The notes under the pieces: generated by a model
Told to the model about the DNA's origin: nothing
Seen by the model: only the letters and a program-made list of their open reading frames with translations
Database searches by the model: none
Translations under genes and position numbers: made by a program
Shown: piece by piece, positions 11,679 to 25,075 of the stretch
Position numbering within the stretch: position 1 is the first letter of the stretch
How the letters are laid out: the number at the start of each line of letters is the position of its first letter
Assembly: GCF_004010195.1 (NCBI RefSeq)
Contig: NC_057719.1
Coordinates: 13,750,731-13,812,588 of the forward strand
DNA length: 61,858 bases
Source of the DNA: Chiloscyllium plagiosum
Lineage: Eukaryota
Direction of reading: 5' to 3'

Positions 11679-11973
11679 CTTAGATTACTTACAGTGTGGA
11701 AACAGGCCCGTCGGCCCAACAAGTCCACACCTACCCTCTGAAGAGCAATCCACTCAGACCCACACCTCTACATTTACCCCTTCACCTTACCTACAGGCAA
11801 TTTAGCATGGCCAATTCACCTAACTTGCACATTTTTGGATTGTGAGAGGAAACCCACACAGACACAGGGAGAACGTGCAAACTCCACACAGGCAGTTGCC
11901 TGAGGTGGGAACCGAACCCGGGTCTCTGGTGGTGTGAGACAGCAGTGCTAAACACTGTGCTACCGTGCCGCCC
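11679..11973 (-). mobile_element. HE1-type SINE
   Basis: Family similarity; tRNA head at the right end. Confidence 0.85.
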
Positions 11974-12906
11974 ACTTGCTTTCCTTTCTGAGGTCAATCC
12001 TGCATCGCCACTCCATCCCCATCTTATAGTGTGCAGTTTTAATTCCCCTTACTTAAGAAAAAATATGAATGCATCCAAAAAAGTTCAAAAACCATGTTCT
12101 ATTGACTGTTATCTAGGATGTGAAGATTATCACGTGGCCCTTTATCCACTGGAGCTTCGAAGGATCATGGAGCTTTTAGTTTGAAACAAACAAGATCCTG
12201 AAAGGACTGAGCAAAGCAGAGGCTGACAGTTGCTTTTCCTCATGAGACAGACTTGAACTAAGAGCCTCGGTTTGAAAACTAGAGGTCCTCCATTTAAGTT
12301 AGAGATGAGGACAATGTTGTTCTCTCAGAGAACATGAGTCTTTTGAAAGCTCTTCCACAGAGAGTGTTGGAGGTAGATTCATTAAATATTTTTAAGGTAG
12401 CGATAGACTCTTGAAGAGTTAATGAATATAAGGAGTAAGTGGGTACGTGTAGTTAAAGCTATTAACAGATCAGCAATGATCTTATTTGATGGTGCAGCAA
12501 GACCAAGGGGCTGAATGGACTATTGGTTTGTATGTTAGTGTGATCTGTTCAGTAATAATGCCAGCCTTAAAGCCAGTTCAATTTGCACAGAATGGATTTA
12601 GCGTCAAGCTCTGGCAAATTCCCAACTGTCTGCTGAATATTTTTATTCCAGGATGGGACATGCCTGTAGCCAAGCTGTTCCAATATGGGCTCCTAACGAT
12701 GTGGAAAAGTACCAGGTACTGTCCAGAAAAGACGGCCATATTCAAAATGGACTATTTCTGCCCCTTCAGTCTACTCTCTGTGAAGGTGTCAATCAGGTGA
12801 CAACAAATGAATACAATTATATTTCTTTCACATTCAATGGCATTAACACTGTTATATGCACCACCATCTACAACAGAGGGTCATGGTTGACCAGAAATCT
12901 CACTAG

Positions 12907-13111
12907 TGTCGAGATTGTGGTGCTGGAAAAGCACAGCTGGTCAGGTAGCATCCGAGGAGCAGGAGAGTTGACGCTTCGGACATAAGTCCATAAGAAGAGA
13001 TTATACCTGAAACGTCGACTCTCCTGCTCCTTGGATGCTGCCTGACCTACTGTGCTTTTCCAGCACCACACTCTCGACTCTGATCTCCAGCATCTGCATC
13101 CTCCCTTTATC
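12907..13111. mobile_element. PLE-derived palindromic insertion (family A variant)
   Basis: Inverted arms meeting at a decayed hammerhead; degenerate 16-bp TSD 12891-12906 / 13112-13127 (3 mismatches). Confidence 0.8.
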
Positions 13112-13164
13112 CCAGGAACCTAACTAGACCAACTATATAAATACCATGGCTTTTTACAAAAAGT

Positions 13165-13490
13165 TTTCCTAAGATGCGGGTGTCACTAGCTAAGCCAGCA
13201 TTTATGATCCATCCTAATTGTCTGGGGGTGCAGTTAAGGGTCAATTCGCTGCTTTGGGGCTGGAGTCATATACAGGCCAGACCGAGTTAGCTTGCCTAAA
13301 AGGCATTTGTGATCTCGATGGATTTTTATGTCCATTAATAATGGCTTCATGGTCATCATTACACTCTTCATTCCAGGTTTCTCTTGAATTGAAATTCCAC
13401 AACCTGCTGTGGCAAGATTCAAACCATGGTCCCCAGACCATTACCTGAGTCTCTGGCTCTAGGGATAATAACACTGTGCCATCATCCCCC
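13165..13490 (-). mobile_element. Second tRNA-SINE family copy
   Basis: Reverse complement of the 27585-27930 family. Confidence 0.7.
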
Positions 13491-13869
13491 CCTATACAGC
13501 TTATGAAAGTACATCAGAAATTGTATGGTGTGTGATTCACTTCTTGGCAACCTTTATAACAACATCACATCCTGGGCGTGATGAAATGCCCCCTACTTAC
13601 ATGGATGAGGTGTACAGCTCCAACAACACTCAAGAAACACAATAACATCCAGCCCAAAGTGACCTGCTCGAGTAGCACCCAGTCCATCACCTCCTTCTTA
13701 TTCATTTGTGGGATCTGGGCTTTGCTTGTGAGGCCAATATTTACTTCCCATCTCTAATTGCCTTTGAAAATGTCATTGTGAGCTGCCTTCTTAAATGGTG
13801 AAGCCCTTGTGGTGCAGGTACACCCACAATGCTGTAGACAGGGAGTTCCAGCATTTTGATACAGCGTTG

Positions 13870-14515
13870 AATCAGAGAGTTATACAGCATGGAAAATAGA
13901 CTTTTCAGTCCAACCAATCCGTACCACCCATTTTCCCAAACTAAACTAGTCCTTCCTGTCTGCACTTGGCCCTTCCAAACCTTTCCTATTCATGACCTTA
14001 TCCCAAATGTCTTTTAAACATTGTAACTGCACTCGAATCCACCACTTTCTCTGATAGTTCATTCCACACTCTCTGTGTAAAACAGTTGTCCCTGAAGTCC
14101 TTTTTAAATCTTTCTCCTCTCACCTTAAAAATATGCCCTCTGGTTTTGAACTTGCCCATCCAAGGGAAAAGACCCTAATCATTCACCTTATCCATGCCTT
14201 TCATGATTTTGCAAACTTCAATAAGGTCACCCCTCAACCTCCTACAGACCAGTGAAAAAAATCCCAGTCTTTCCAGTCTATTTTCATATCTCAAACTCTC
14301 CATTCCTGGCAACATCCTGGTAAATCTTTTCTCAACTCCCTCCAGGTTAATAATATCCTTCCTGTAACAGGACGACCAGAACTGCACACACTACTCCAGA
14401 CGAGGTCTGATCAACACCCTGTACAAACTCAACAAGATTTCACAAATCTTATGCTCAAAGGTTTCAGCAATGAAGGCAAGCTTCCTAAATGCTTTCTTAA
14501 TCACCCTGCCTACCT
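13870..14515 (-). mobile_element. CR1 3' fragment
   Basis: ORF 14175-14387 QFWSSCYRKDIINLEGVEKRFTRMLPG. Confidence 0.85.
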
Positions 14516-14517
14516 AT

Positions 14518-15032
14518 GAGCTGAAAATGTGTTGCTGGAAAAGCGCAGCAGGTCAGGCAGCATCCAAGGAACAGGAGAATCGATATTTCGGGCATCAGCC
14601 CTTCTTCAGTATAGGGAAAGTGTGTCCAGCAGATTAGGATAAAAGGTAGGGAGCCAGGACTTGGGGGAGGGGCGTTGGAAATGTGATAGGTGGAGGGAGG
14701 TCAAGGTGAGGGTGACCTCCCTCCACCTATTGCATTTCCAAAGCCCCTCCCCCAAGTCCCTCCTCCCTACCTTTTATCTTAGCCTGCTGGATCACCCTCA
14801 CCTTGACCTCCCTCCACCTATCGCATTTCCAAAGCCCCTCCCCCAAGTCTCTCCTCCCTAACTTTTATCTTAGTCTGCTGGACACACTTTCCTCATTCCT
14901 GAAGAAGGGCTTATGCCCGAAACGTCGATTCTCCTGTTCCTTGGATGCTGCCTGACCTGCTGTGCTTTTCCAGCAACACATTTTCAGCTCTGATCTCCAG
15001 CATCTGCAGCCCTCACTTTCTCTCAAAGATTT
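14518..15032. mobile_element. PLE-derived palindromic insertion (family A) with internal 79-bp duplication
   Basis: Arm 14518-14715 inverted to 14792-14990; 14713-14791 repeated at 14804-14882; ctgcctacc duplicated at 14506-14 and 15033-41. Confidence 0.9.
14899..14926 (+). ncRNA. Minimal type I hammerhead ribozyme core
   Basis: CUGAAGA-A-GGGC-uuau-GCCC-GAAAC-GUC. Confidence 0.75.
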
Positions 15033-15654
15033 CTGCCTACCACTTCTGTGTATAAAGACTGTCGGCTAACTGTCTACCCTATCCCAGCTCTCTCACAGGT
15101 CCTGTAGTCTTCTGGTCACTCTGTGTTCCTTCAATACCAGGAACATAGGAAACAGGAGCAACAGCAGGCCATTTGGCCCCTCAAGCCAGCTCTATCAGTC
15201 AACAAGATTATGGCAAATCATGAGGGGGGGGGGTGGGGGGATGTTCAGCAATGGTAATGCCTTTGAATGCCAAAGGAACATGGTTGGGTTCTGTCTTGTT
15301 AGAGATCAACATTGTCTGGCACTATAACAATTCTGTCACTTTGCAACTGTTGTTTGCCATTTTTCGGTCCAAGCCTGGATGGTATGGACATAGACACTTC
15401 AATATCTGACATTTTGTGAATGGTGTTGAACGTTGGGCCATCATCAGTGGACTTCCCAACTGTAAACATCCATTTCCTCCACCACCGATGCACAGTAATT
15501 GTAACGGGTATTTCCTAACCTCAACAGCCTAGAACAGTAAAGGGGATAACCAAATGGAACCATCATTGTCCTATCAAAGTGACAGACTAGCCTGATTTGG
15601 ATCAATGTGCTACTTCTTCATAATCACTGGGCAAAATCCATGCTGGCTTAGTTT

Positions 15655-15748
15655 GGAAGAAGGGTCACAGGATCTGAAAGGTCAACTCTGCTTTCTGTCC
15701 ACAGATGGTGCCAGACCTGCTGAGTTTCTCCAGCAATTTCTGTTTTTA
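15655..15748 (+). mobile_element. PLE terminal fragment (family D)
   Basis: gaagaagggtcacaggatctgaaaggtcaactctg; same family as 43171-43414. Confidence 0.6.
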
Positions 15749-17314
15749 ATAGTAAAAGCCAGCCTTGCCAACCTTTTGTGGCAAACCCTTGCTGTCTTAT
15801 TGATGATCCAGTTTGTAACTATGATTCTGCTTCCCTGTGCTTCCAGGAAATTGGACACTGGGGCTTGCTGTTCATTGTTATCTGCCCATTATGGATGGGT
15901 TATGTGTGTGACTATAGTTTGTTAAGTTTTGGGCTCCATTCAATGCACATTCTACGCTGGAAACATTAATCGTGGAATTGCGCCGATCGGTTTTGGAATA
16001 CTCAATAGGCTCATGCCACATTAGTCATTATTCTTCGACTGCGCTTTATTTGCCCTTTTGGACTACAGATAAGGCTATACTGGGCCAATATTAATCATGG
16101 AAAGCTTGAATTCAGGGCCCAGAGCAAATAGTTGTCAGAAATCTTTGTGAACTCTTAAACAGAGCTGGCTTATCTCTGTTTATTTAGCACTGTAAGGGAT
16201 CATTTTCTGCATATTGGTCTCTCTATGAAAGAACATTTGATGCTCTGAGCCGTCTTGCAAGTTAATCTTGACTGAATTATAGGATCTGATTTAAATAATA
16301 GCTCTTTCCCAAGATAATTCACTTTTAGTTCTTTTTGTATTTCTTTCCCTCTGAATATCATGCACTTTGGCTGAAGTCTCATTAAAAACCAAGGGGGAGA
16401 TAAACCACTCCACTGCACGGTATGATAGCCTGTATGCTGTTGAGATATGAAGGTTGAAGCATATGGTGGCTGTTATTGAATTCCCTCATCTGTTGACTTC
16501 CCAGTGAGACTTGCAGCATTTAAATGAATACAACTTATTTTGGGTGGATGAAAGGCGGCTGAGAATTTATTGGGACAAGTGTACTGAATTGCACAAAGTT
16601 CGGCTTCATTTTCTGATTAACTCTCAGGGAAAATTGGGCTGAATTTTCTGGAGATCCCGACTCCAAGCCTAAATGGTCAGTGTGGGGTTTGCCTCTTTCT
16701 CTATATCCCAATCCCTTGGGAATAAGAGGCTTATCACAGGAAGGCTGGAGCTCCCTCGTGTGTGATTTAGGGAGGGGGAGGGGAGGAGCTCTGATGAACT
16801 ATTGACATTTGTGTTAATTAATTGGCTTGTTTGTTGGTGAGCTGCCAAATTTTACTGGCACTATATCTATATCTCACAAGGATTCGGCCACTGATTTGTA
16901 TATTTTGGTGAATAAAGATGCTCTGCTGTAACTTTATTCTGATCAGAGGGAAGATAATCACAGGACCTTGATCAGCTGAGGAAGTGGACCGAGAAATGGC
17001 AAATGGAGTTTAATACAGATAAGTGTGAGGTCTTGCATCTTGGAAAGTCAAATCAAGGTCAGAGTTTCATGGTGAATGGTAGGGCCTTAAGGAGTGTAGT
17101 GGAACAGAGGGACTTTGGAGTTCAGGTGCATGGTTTTCTGAAAGTGGAGACACAGGTGGACAAGGCAGTGAAGAAGGCTTTTGGCACACTGGCCTTCATC
17201 AGTCAGGGCACTGAGTATAGAAGTTGAGAAGTTATGTTGCATTTGTACAGGATGTTGGTGAGGTCGCACTTGGAATATTGTGTTCAGTTTTGGTCACCTT
17301 GTTATAGGAATGAT

Positions 17315-17507
17315 ATGGAGATGCCAGTGTTGGCCTGAGGTGTACAAGTTAAAAATCACACAACACCAGGTTATAGTCCAAAGGTTAATTGGAAGCACTA
17401 ACTTTCGGAGCACCGCACAATCACCTGATGAAGGAGCGGCACTCTGAAAGCTAGTGCTTCCAATTAAACCTGTTGGACTATAACCTGGTGTTGTGTGATT
17501 TTTAACT
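17315..17507. mobile_element. PLE-derived palindromic insertion (family E)
   Basis: aaaaatcacacaacaccaggttatagtcc inverted arms; 16-bp TSD 17299-17314 / 17508-17523 (2 mismatches). Confidence 0.85.
17422..17456 (+). ncRNA. Minimal hammerhead ribozyme (family E)
   Basis: CAC-CUGAUGA-A-GGAG..CUCU-GAAAG-CUA-GUG; stem I CAC/GUG and palindromic stem III AGCU. Confidence 0.75.
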
Positions 17508-19080
17508 TTGTTGTAGGAAGGATGTTATTAAACTGGAAAATGTGCAGAAGAAATTTACAAGAAAGTTGCCAGGACTCAAGGGTCTGAGTTATAGGGAGAT
17601 GTTGGACAAGCTGAGACCTTTTGTTTAGAGCATAGGAGACTGAGGGGAGAGCTTATAGAAGTGTAAAAGATCACAAGAGACACGGATAGGGTTAATGCAC
17701 TCAGTCTTTTCCCAGCGTTGGGGAATCGAGGACTAGAGGGCATCAGATTAAGGTGAGAGGGGAAAGAATAAAAGGGAACCTGAGGGGGCAACCTTTTCAC
17801 ACAGAGAGTGGTACAAATATGGAATGAACTGCTGTGGAAGTGGTTGAGGTGGGTACATTAACAACATTTAAAAAACGTTTGGAAAAATACATGGATAGGA
17901 GAGGTTTGGAAGGATATGGGCCAAGTGCAGGGAAATGGAGTTGACATGGATGGACAATTTGGTCGGCATGGAACAGTTTGGGCCAGTTTGGTCTCCATGC
18001 TGTAGGACTTTACCACTCTATGAGATCGGAAAATGAGGCAGATATTTCAGTCAATTCAGATGTGCACTTCTGTTGTAGCTGTGACTTGACCACAGCACCA
18101 CAAAAGCCCAATATCAGCCATATTGGAGCAATAGGCTCATTTCTATCCCTGGAAGAGCATATCAAAATATATCCTAGCCTGTATCTAAATACTATATAAA
18201 TACTTTATACAGCTCATCATAGAATCCAATGAGTCCCTGATTCGCTGAGAGAAGTGAAGTTGGATTTGGTCAACTGAGAGACATTGATGACCTAGACTCG
18301 TAGCACCTCCTCTCAGATCAGTCATGATCCTATTGAATGGCGGAGCAGGCTTGAGCAGTCAAATGGCCTACTCCAGTTGCTATTTCTTATGGTCTTATCA
18401 TGTCGCGGTAAAATTACTGCTTCTCCTAGCTTGACAGAAAGACTTGGGAATTTTATTTTGGAAGTCAAAATGGAATGACATTTTTTGGCAGTCACTGAAT
18501 ATCCTAGATAGGCCCAAATCTTGTAGCATTATCTTCAATTTTTCACTGAAGGCGATAACAGATGTCAGGCCTCTGCTCTATTTGTATCAGTAAATGATAT
18601 AACCACTGTTTTATATCACTGCCAGAGACACTTTGTGAGAGCTCAATTAAAGACCTGACCGATGTCTCACAAATATCTTTTGACAGAGGACTTTGATTCT
18701 CAGAATTGACCCTCACGCTTCCAGCTTTGAAACAATTAAATTGGATCCAGTTTATGTAATTTTGATTTTTGTTTTTTTCTTCATCGATGATGCAATTTCA
18801 CTTTCATTGTATAAAAGAACATTTGGTTTATTCTTACACCCATTTCACCCTGGTTTCTTGTACTTTCTAATGTCATGCATGCTGTCGTTTTCCATTCCTG
18901 AAACTGTTTTTCTCATGAAGGCCTTACCCATTTTTCCTTTGCTATTTGATCTTTCTAAGGGCTGCCATTCTTGATGTGCTGTAGATGACATAGTCTTCCG
19001 GCCTGTATCAGCTTTAATGCCTTTCCGACTGTGATGAAACAAGCAATGCTATTGAATACAACATGGGTTTCTTAAACCAG

Positions 19081-19184
19081 AGCTGAAAATGTGTTGCTGG
19101 AAAAGCGCAGCAGGTCAGGCAGCATCCAGGGAACAGGAGAATCGACGTTTCGGGCATAAGCCCTTCTTCAGGAATGAGGAAAGT
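19081..19184 (-). mobile_element. 104-bp single-arm PLE terminus (family A) with intact hammerhead core at 19144-19171
   Basis: Perfect 13-bp TSD tttcttaaaccag (19068-80, 19185-97). Confidence 0.9.
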
Positions 19185-19458
19185 TTTCTTAAACCAGGCA
19201 AAGCTTTCAATCATTTTATATCTTTCTAACAAGAGATTAGTGGTAGCACTACCACAAAGCCTTACAAACAGCATCTCACACATTGAAAAAGAGACCTATT
19301 TCTTCATTTTCTACAGAAGAAGATAACAGGAGGATGTGTTAGTTACTTATTCCATTGAACCTACTCCATGATTCAATATGATAATAACTAATCTGCTCAA
19401 CTTCATTTTCACTCACTGTCATTGCATCCATTGATTCCTTCAGTATCCAGAAATCTAT

Positions 19459-20525
19459 TATAGAACATAGAACACTGAACATTATTCCTTGGCCCTTGAT
19501 TTTGCATCAACCTGTGAAACCAATCTGAAGCCCATCTGACCTACACTATTTCATTTTCACCCACATATTTATCCAATGAACATTTAAATGCCCTTAGAGT
19601 TGGCGAGTTTACTAGTGTTTCAGGTAGTGCATTTCATGCCCCTACTACTCTGAGTAAAGGAACTACCTCTGACATCTGTCCTATATCGATCACCCTTCAA
19701 TTTAAAGCTATGTCCCCTCATGCTATCTGTCACAATCCAAGGAAAAAGACCCTCACTGTCCACCCTATATAACCCTCTGATTATCGTATATGTCTCAATT
19801 AAGTCACTTCTCAACCTTCTTCCTTCTAACGACAACAGCCTCAAGTCCCTCAGCCTTTCCTCATAACACCTTTTCTCTGTCCCAGGCAACATCTGAGTAA
19901 GTCGCCTCTGAACCCTTTCCAGTGCTTTCATGTCCTTCCTATAATGCGGTGACTAGAACTATACTTATTACTCCAAGTCCAGCTGTACCAGAGTTTTGTA
20001 CAGCTGCAACATGACCTCGTGGCTCCAAAACCCAATCCCTCTACCAATAAAAGCTAACACACCGTCTGCTTTCTTAACAATCCTATCAATCAGAGTGGCA
20101 ACTTTTAGGGATCTATGACATGGACTCCGAGATCTCTCTGTTCATCCATACTACCAAGAATCTTACCATAGACAAGTAAGCTGCATTCCTGTTGCTCCTT
20201 CCAAAGTAAATCACTTCACACTTTTCCACATTAAATTCAATTTTCCACCTCTCAGCCCAGCTCTGCAGCTTATCTCTATTTCCTTCTGTAATCTGCAATA
20301 TTCTTCGGCACTGTCCACAACTCCTCCAACCTTAGTGTCATCCACAAATTTACTAACCCATTCTTCTAAGCCCTCATCCATGTTGTTTATAAAAATGACA
20401 AACAGCAGTGGTCCCAAAACAGATCCTTGCGGTACATCACTAGTAACTGAACACCAGGATGAACATTTCCCATCAACCACCACCTTCTTTCAGCTAGCTA
20501 ATTTCTGATCCAAACCTCTAAATCC
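19459..20525 (-). mobile_element. CR1 RT/3' fragment nested in an older minus-strand CR1 (~19320-21178)
   Basis: ORF 20211-20483 VPQGSVLGPLLFVIFIN...KFVDDTK; atagaacatagaaca tail. Confidence 0.9.
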
Positions 20526-21181
20526 CCCAGTGTTCATTACTGATATACAAAACACTGCATTAGAAATTCCAAACAGTTACAATCTGCCAGGTGAAGAGTT
20601 TCTCTTCATCTTAGTCCTAAATTATTAATTCCTTATCTTATATCTGTGATCCTAGTTCTAGACTTACTAGGTTGAGGCAACAATTTCCCAATGTTTATTC
20701 CAGGAAGACTCTTCAGCATTTTATATATTTTGTAGTTAGACTATCTTTCATTCTTCTAAACTTTAGGAAATATAGAACTGCTCTACACAATACCATCTCG
20801 TAAGAAAATTCTCTTATATCAGTAATTAGTCAGGGAAGATTTGTTGCACTTCCCTCAAAAGCAAGCATATCTTTCCTTATGTAAGGAGACCAAATAATAC
20901 ATCATGTACCATGTGTGATCTGACCAAGAGCACATCTAATTGCAGTCAGATTCCATTACTGTTATATTCTAAGCCCTTTATAGTACACAACAACAGTTTT
21001 CTAATTGCTTGCCGTACCTAAAAGTTAACATTATGATTTAAGTATACCAGGCATCCAGCTCCCTGTGAATGCCAAAATTTTCAGCCTGCTACCAATTAAA
21101 AAATGTTCTGCTTCTTCTTATTATTCTACTGTCAATGACTTTATATTTCTCCACATTCGATTCCATCTGTCCCTTAGTTAT

Positions 21182-23241
21182 CCATAACAGCAGACATGTG
21201 GAGAGTATTTGAGGAACAGTTGTTGCAAGTGATGCACAAATTTGTTCCTCTGAGACAGGCAAGAAGGGGTAAAATTAAGGAACCTTGGATGACGAGAACA
21301 GAGGAGCTTCTCGTCAAAACGAAGAAGGCAGCTTATGTAAGGTGGAGGATGCAAGGATCTAGCACAGCTTTAGAGGATTACAGACTTGCTAGAAAGGAGC
21401 TCAGAATTGGACTGAGGAGAGCCAAGAGGAGGCATGAAAAGGACTTGGCAAGAAGGATTAGGGAGAACCCAAAAGCATTTTACTCAAACATGACGAATAA
21501 GAGAATGATCAGGGAGAAGGTAGGGCTGATCAGAGATAACGGAGGGAACTTGTGCGTGGAGTCGGAGCAGATAGGGGAAGCCCTAAATGAGTTCTTTGCT
21601 TCGGTTTTCACCAAGGAAAGGGAACTTGTTGTAAATGAAAACTTTGAGGAGCTGGGATACAGGCTTGACCAGATCAAGATTGATGAAGTTGATATGCAAG
21701 AAATTTTGGAAAACATTAAGATTGATAAGTCCCCAGGGCCAGAGCAGATTTATCCTAGGCTGCTTCAGAAAGCGAGAAAGGAGCTTGCTAAGCTACTGGT
21801 GAGGATATTTGTCTCCTCGCTCTCCACAGGAGTTGTACCAGAGGATTGGAAGGAGGCGAATGTTGTTCCTCTTTTCAAGAAGGGTAATAGGGAAATCTCA
21901 GACAATTACAGACCAGGCAGTCTTACGTCTGTGATCAAAGTTTTGGAAAGAATTCTGAGGGATAGTATTTATGACTATTTGGCAAAGCATAGTGTGATTA
22001 AAGTCAGCATGGCTTTGTGAGGGGCAGGTCATGCCTCACAAATCTTATTGAGTTATTTGAGGAGGTGTCAAGACAGGTCAACGAAGTTCGAGCAGTGGAT
22101 GTGGTGTATATGGACTTCAGCAAGGCATTTGATAGGGTTCCCCATGGTAGGCTCATTCATAAAGTCAGGAAGTATGGGATACAGGGAGATTTGACTATCT
22201 GGATTCAGAATTGGCTGGCTGACAGAAGGCAGAGAGCAGTTGTAGATGGAAAGTATTCTGCCTGGAGGACAGTGTTGAGTGGGGTCCCGCAGGGCTCTGT
22301 CCTTGGACCTCTGCTCTTTGTAGTTTTTGTAAATGACTTGGATGAAGAGGTTGAGGGGTGGGTTAGTAAATTTGCAGATGACACAAAGGTTGGAGGTGTC
22401 GTCAATAGTATAGAGGGCTATTGCAGGCTGCAGTGCGACATAGACAGGATGCAGAGCTGGGCTGAGAAATGGCAGATGGAGTTCAACCTGGATAAATGCG
22501 AAGTGATGCATTTTGGAAGGTCGAACTCAAATGCTGAATATAGGATTAAAGACAGGATTCTTGGCGGTGTGGAGGAACAGAGGGATCTGGGTGTGCAAGT
22601 ACATAGATCCCTCTAAGTTGCTACCAAGTGGATAGGGTTGTTAAGAAAGCATATGGTGGTTTGGCTTTCATCAATAGGGGGATAGTGTTTAAGAGCCGCG
22701 AGGTTTTGCTGCAGTTCTACAAGTCCCTGGTGAGACCACACTTGGAATATTGTGTCCAGTTCTGGTCGCCCTACTATAGGAAAGATACAGAGGCTTCGGA
22801 GAGGGTACAAAGAAGGTTTACCAGTATGCTGCCTGGACTGGAGGGCATGCCTTATGAAGAAAGGTTGAATAAGCTCGGACCTTTTCTCTCTGGAGAGAAG
22901 GAGGAAGAGAGGAGACCTGATCGAGGTGTACAAAATAATGAGAGGAATAGGTAGAGTCAATAGCCAGAGACTTTTCCCCAGGGCAGGATTGACTGGTACG
23001 AGAAGTCATAGTTTGAAGGTATTTGGAGTAAGGTATGAGGGAGACATCAGAGGTAGGCATTTTACACAGAGAGTTGTGAATGCATGGAATGCGTTGCCAG
23101 CTGTGGTGGTGGAAGCAGAGTCATTGGGGATACTTAAATGACTGCTGGACATGCACATGGATAGCAGTGAGTTGAGGGGTGCGTAGGTTAAGTTACTATA
23201 TTTTTCATGTGCTGTACTTTTCTATGTTCTATGTTCTATAA
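21182..23241 (+). mobile_element. ~2.06-kb 5'-truncated CR1 LINE, relatively young
   Basis: Consecutive ORF2 pieces; (ttctatg)n tail at 23220-23241. Confidence 0.95.
21196..23141 (+). pseudogene. CR1 ORF2 reverse transcriptase, frameshifted (21196-22020, 22017-22616, 22628-22954, 22926-23141)
   Basis: KSPGP, NYRP, DFSKAFD, GVPQGSVLGP, KFADD and WNALP motifs. Confidence 0.95.
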
Positions 23242-23244
23242 TTC

Positions 23245-23525
23245 CTTGGAGCAATTAAGAGTCAACCACATTGCTGTGGGTCTGGAGTCACACGTAAGCC
23301 AGACCAGGTAAGGATAGCCGTTTCCTTTCCGAAAAGACATTAGTGAATCAAACGGGTTTTTTCCTGACAATCAATACATGGTCATCATTAGACTTTTAAT
23401 TTCTGATTTTTATTGAATTCAAATTCCACCAGCTGCCATGGCAGGATTCGAACCCAGGGCCAGAACATGATCCCAGTCTCCAGATTAATTGTCTTAGCAA
23501 TAATATGACTAGGCCCTCACCTCCC
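23245..23525 (-). mobile_element. Second tRNA-SINE family copy
   Basis: B-box ggattcgaaccc on minus; matches 27585-27930. Confidence 0.75.
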
Positions 23526-24394
23526 TTTTTAGTCACATTCAGTTCTCCATTCCTTTTTCTTAACCAGTATTAATCCTCATTTTCCCTTGATCTTTGGTTC
23601 CTCACTATTGCTGGATTTTTAAAATACTTTTTGTCTTGAACTGAGACTCAAAGTTTAATGTCTATGCTATTTTTTGATTCCCCATCACAATTTGTCTTGT
23701 CTCTGCCAGGGATCTTTGTTTACTTTTGCTAATCACTGTCTTTTCAAATATCTATAGACACTAGTACAATCTGCTTTTATTTCTCCCTGCTCCGTGAAAT
23801 GTGAAAGTATTCCCCAGTGTGAGCAAATTGCCAATTGGTTCAGATCTTGTAATTCTGAATCTTGCAAAGAACTGGGCCCATAATTTCACCTTGAACAGCT
23901 TGAACTCACTTGTAACTCAAAGAGATGGTTGATTATGAAAAATTCAGTTTTAGGAGATAATTTCAAGTACAGGCAAAACCCTCATAATTAACACCTGAAG
24001 AAGAACGTCACTAAAGTTGAAAGCAGAATTTTTCTTTGTTGGATCATGTCAGCAGGGGGAAAAAAAGAGAAAAGGATTTCTTGTGTTTGCTGAGGCTCCC
24101 GAAGCATATTCTGACTTAGGAAACAGAACACTTGCCTTTCATACTTAGAAAGCTGCCTTTATTGTTCGCAAGTAGGCGCAATCTTCTCACTCACAGTAAT
24201 GGCTAGACACTAAAATCTAGTGTGTATGTGTTAAAGGAACTACATTGACTTGATGGTGTTCTGTGATATCAGTTAGAATTCTTTTTAGATTGTATTCAAA
24301 AACTGGCATTCTGACATGAAGGTTCCACAGCTACACATGATTAATAAACATTTATGTAGGTGTATGATGGAAATACTGCATAATTTGTGGGCAG

Positions 24395-24684
24395 ATAGTA
24401 GAATCCCTACAATGCAGAGAGAGGTCACTTGGTCTATAAAGACTGCACTGACTCTCCCAACCCCATCCCCAACCCCTGAACACTATGGGGCAATTTAGCA
24501 AGGCCAATCCGCCTCATCTGCACATCTTTGGACTGTGGGAGGAAAGTGGAGCGCCCAGAGGAAACCCACGCAATTACAGGGAGAAGGTTTAAACTCCACA
24601 CAGACTATCGCCTGAGGCTGGAATTAACCTGGGTCCCTGATGCTGTAAGGCAGCAGTACTAACCACTGAGCCTCTGCCCTGCCC
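24395..24684 (-). mobile_element. HE1-type SINE
   Basis: Family similarity. Confidence 0.85.
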
Positions 24685-25075
24685 TTAGATTGCCCTATCT
24701 ATTGAGAAGCTGTATTTTTTATAAAGTTGACACAGTTCCAGAGAACTATAAGCAGCTGTCGCATTAGAGAGCGATGACTAGTGGTGGTTTAACCTGAGGG
24801 TCACCAAGCCTCAGACAGGAGGAGAGGTTGAGAAGGTAGGACTTTCCTGGTAATACAGTTGATGCAGGAATTAAACTGTATTTGTATAGCTACGAGTATA
24901 AGATCAGAATGTTTTTCTTCTGAGTACTTTGTTTTTACTAAAAAGGGATTTTTAAAAAAACATTTTAAAATTTATTTATACAGAACCTTTGTGTTCTTGA
25001 TTCGATTTCGCCTCCCCAAAACATTCCCACTCATAGTCTGCTGCAAGATGTTAAACCCTGCTGACTGTGCATCTG

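Larger units (their letters stand above)
16945..18022 (+). mobile_element. CR1 3' fragment
   Basis: ORF 17003-17227 MEFNTDKCEVLHLG; CR1 tail. Confidence 0.9.

Noticed and set aside
16636..18421. Possible old TIR element (gggctgaatttt … aaaattactgct) split by CR1
   Set aside because: The terminal match is too weak to support.
18928..19028. Possible 101-nt minus-strand exon (ttgtttcatcacag|...ATGG|gtaagg, open in one frame: RKGIKADTGRKTMSSTAHQEWQPLERSNSKGKM)
   Set aside because: Peptide not recognised and no partner exons found; such splice-like pairs arise by chance. Needs RNA-seq or TBLASTN.
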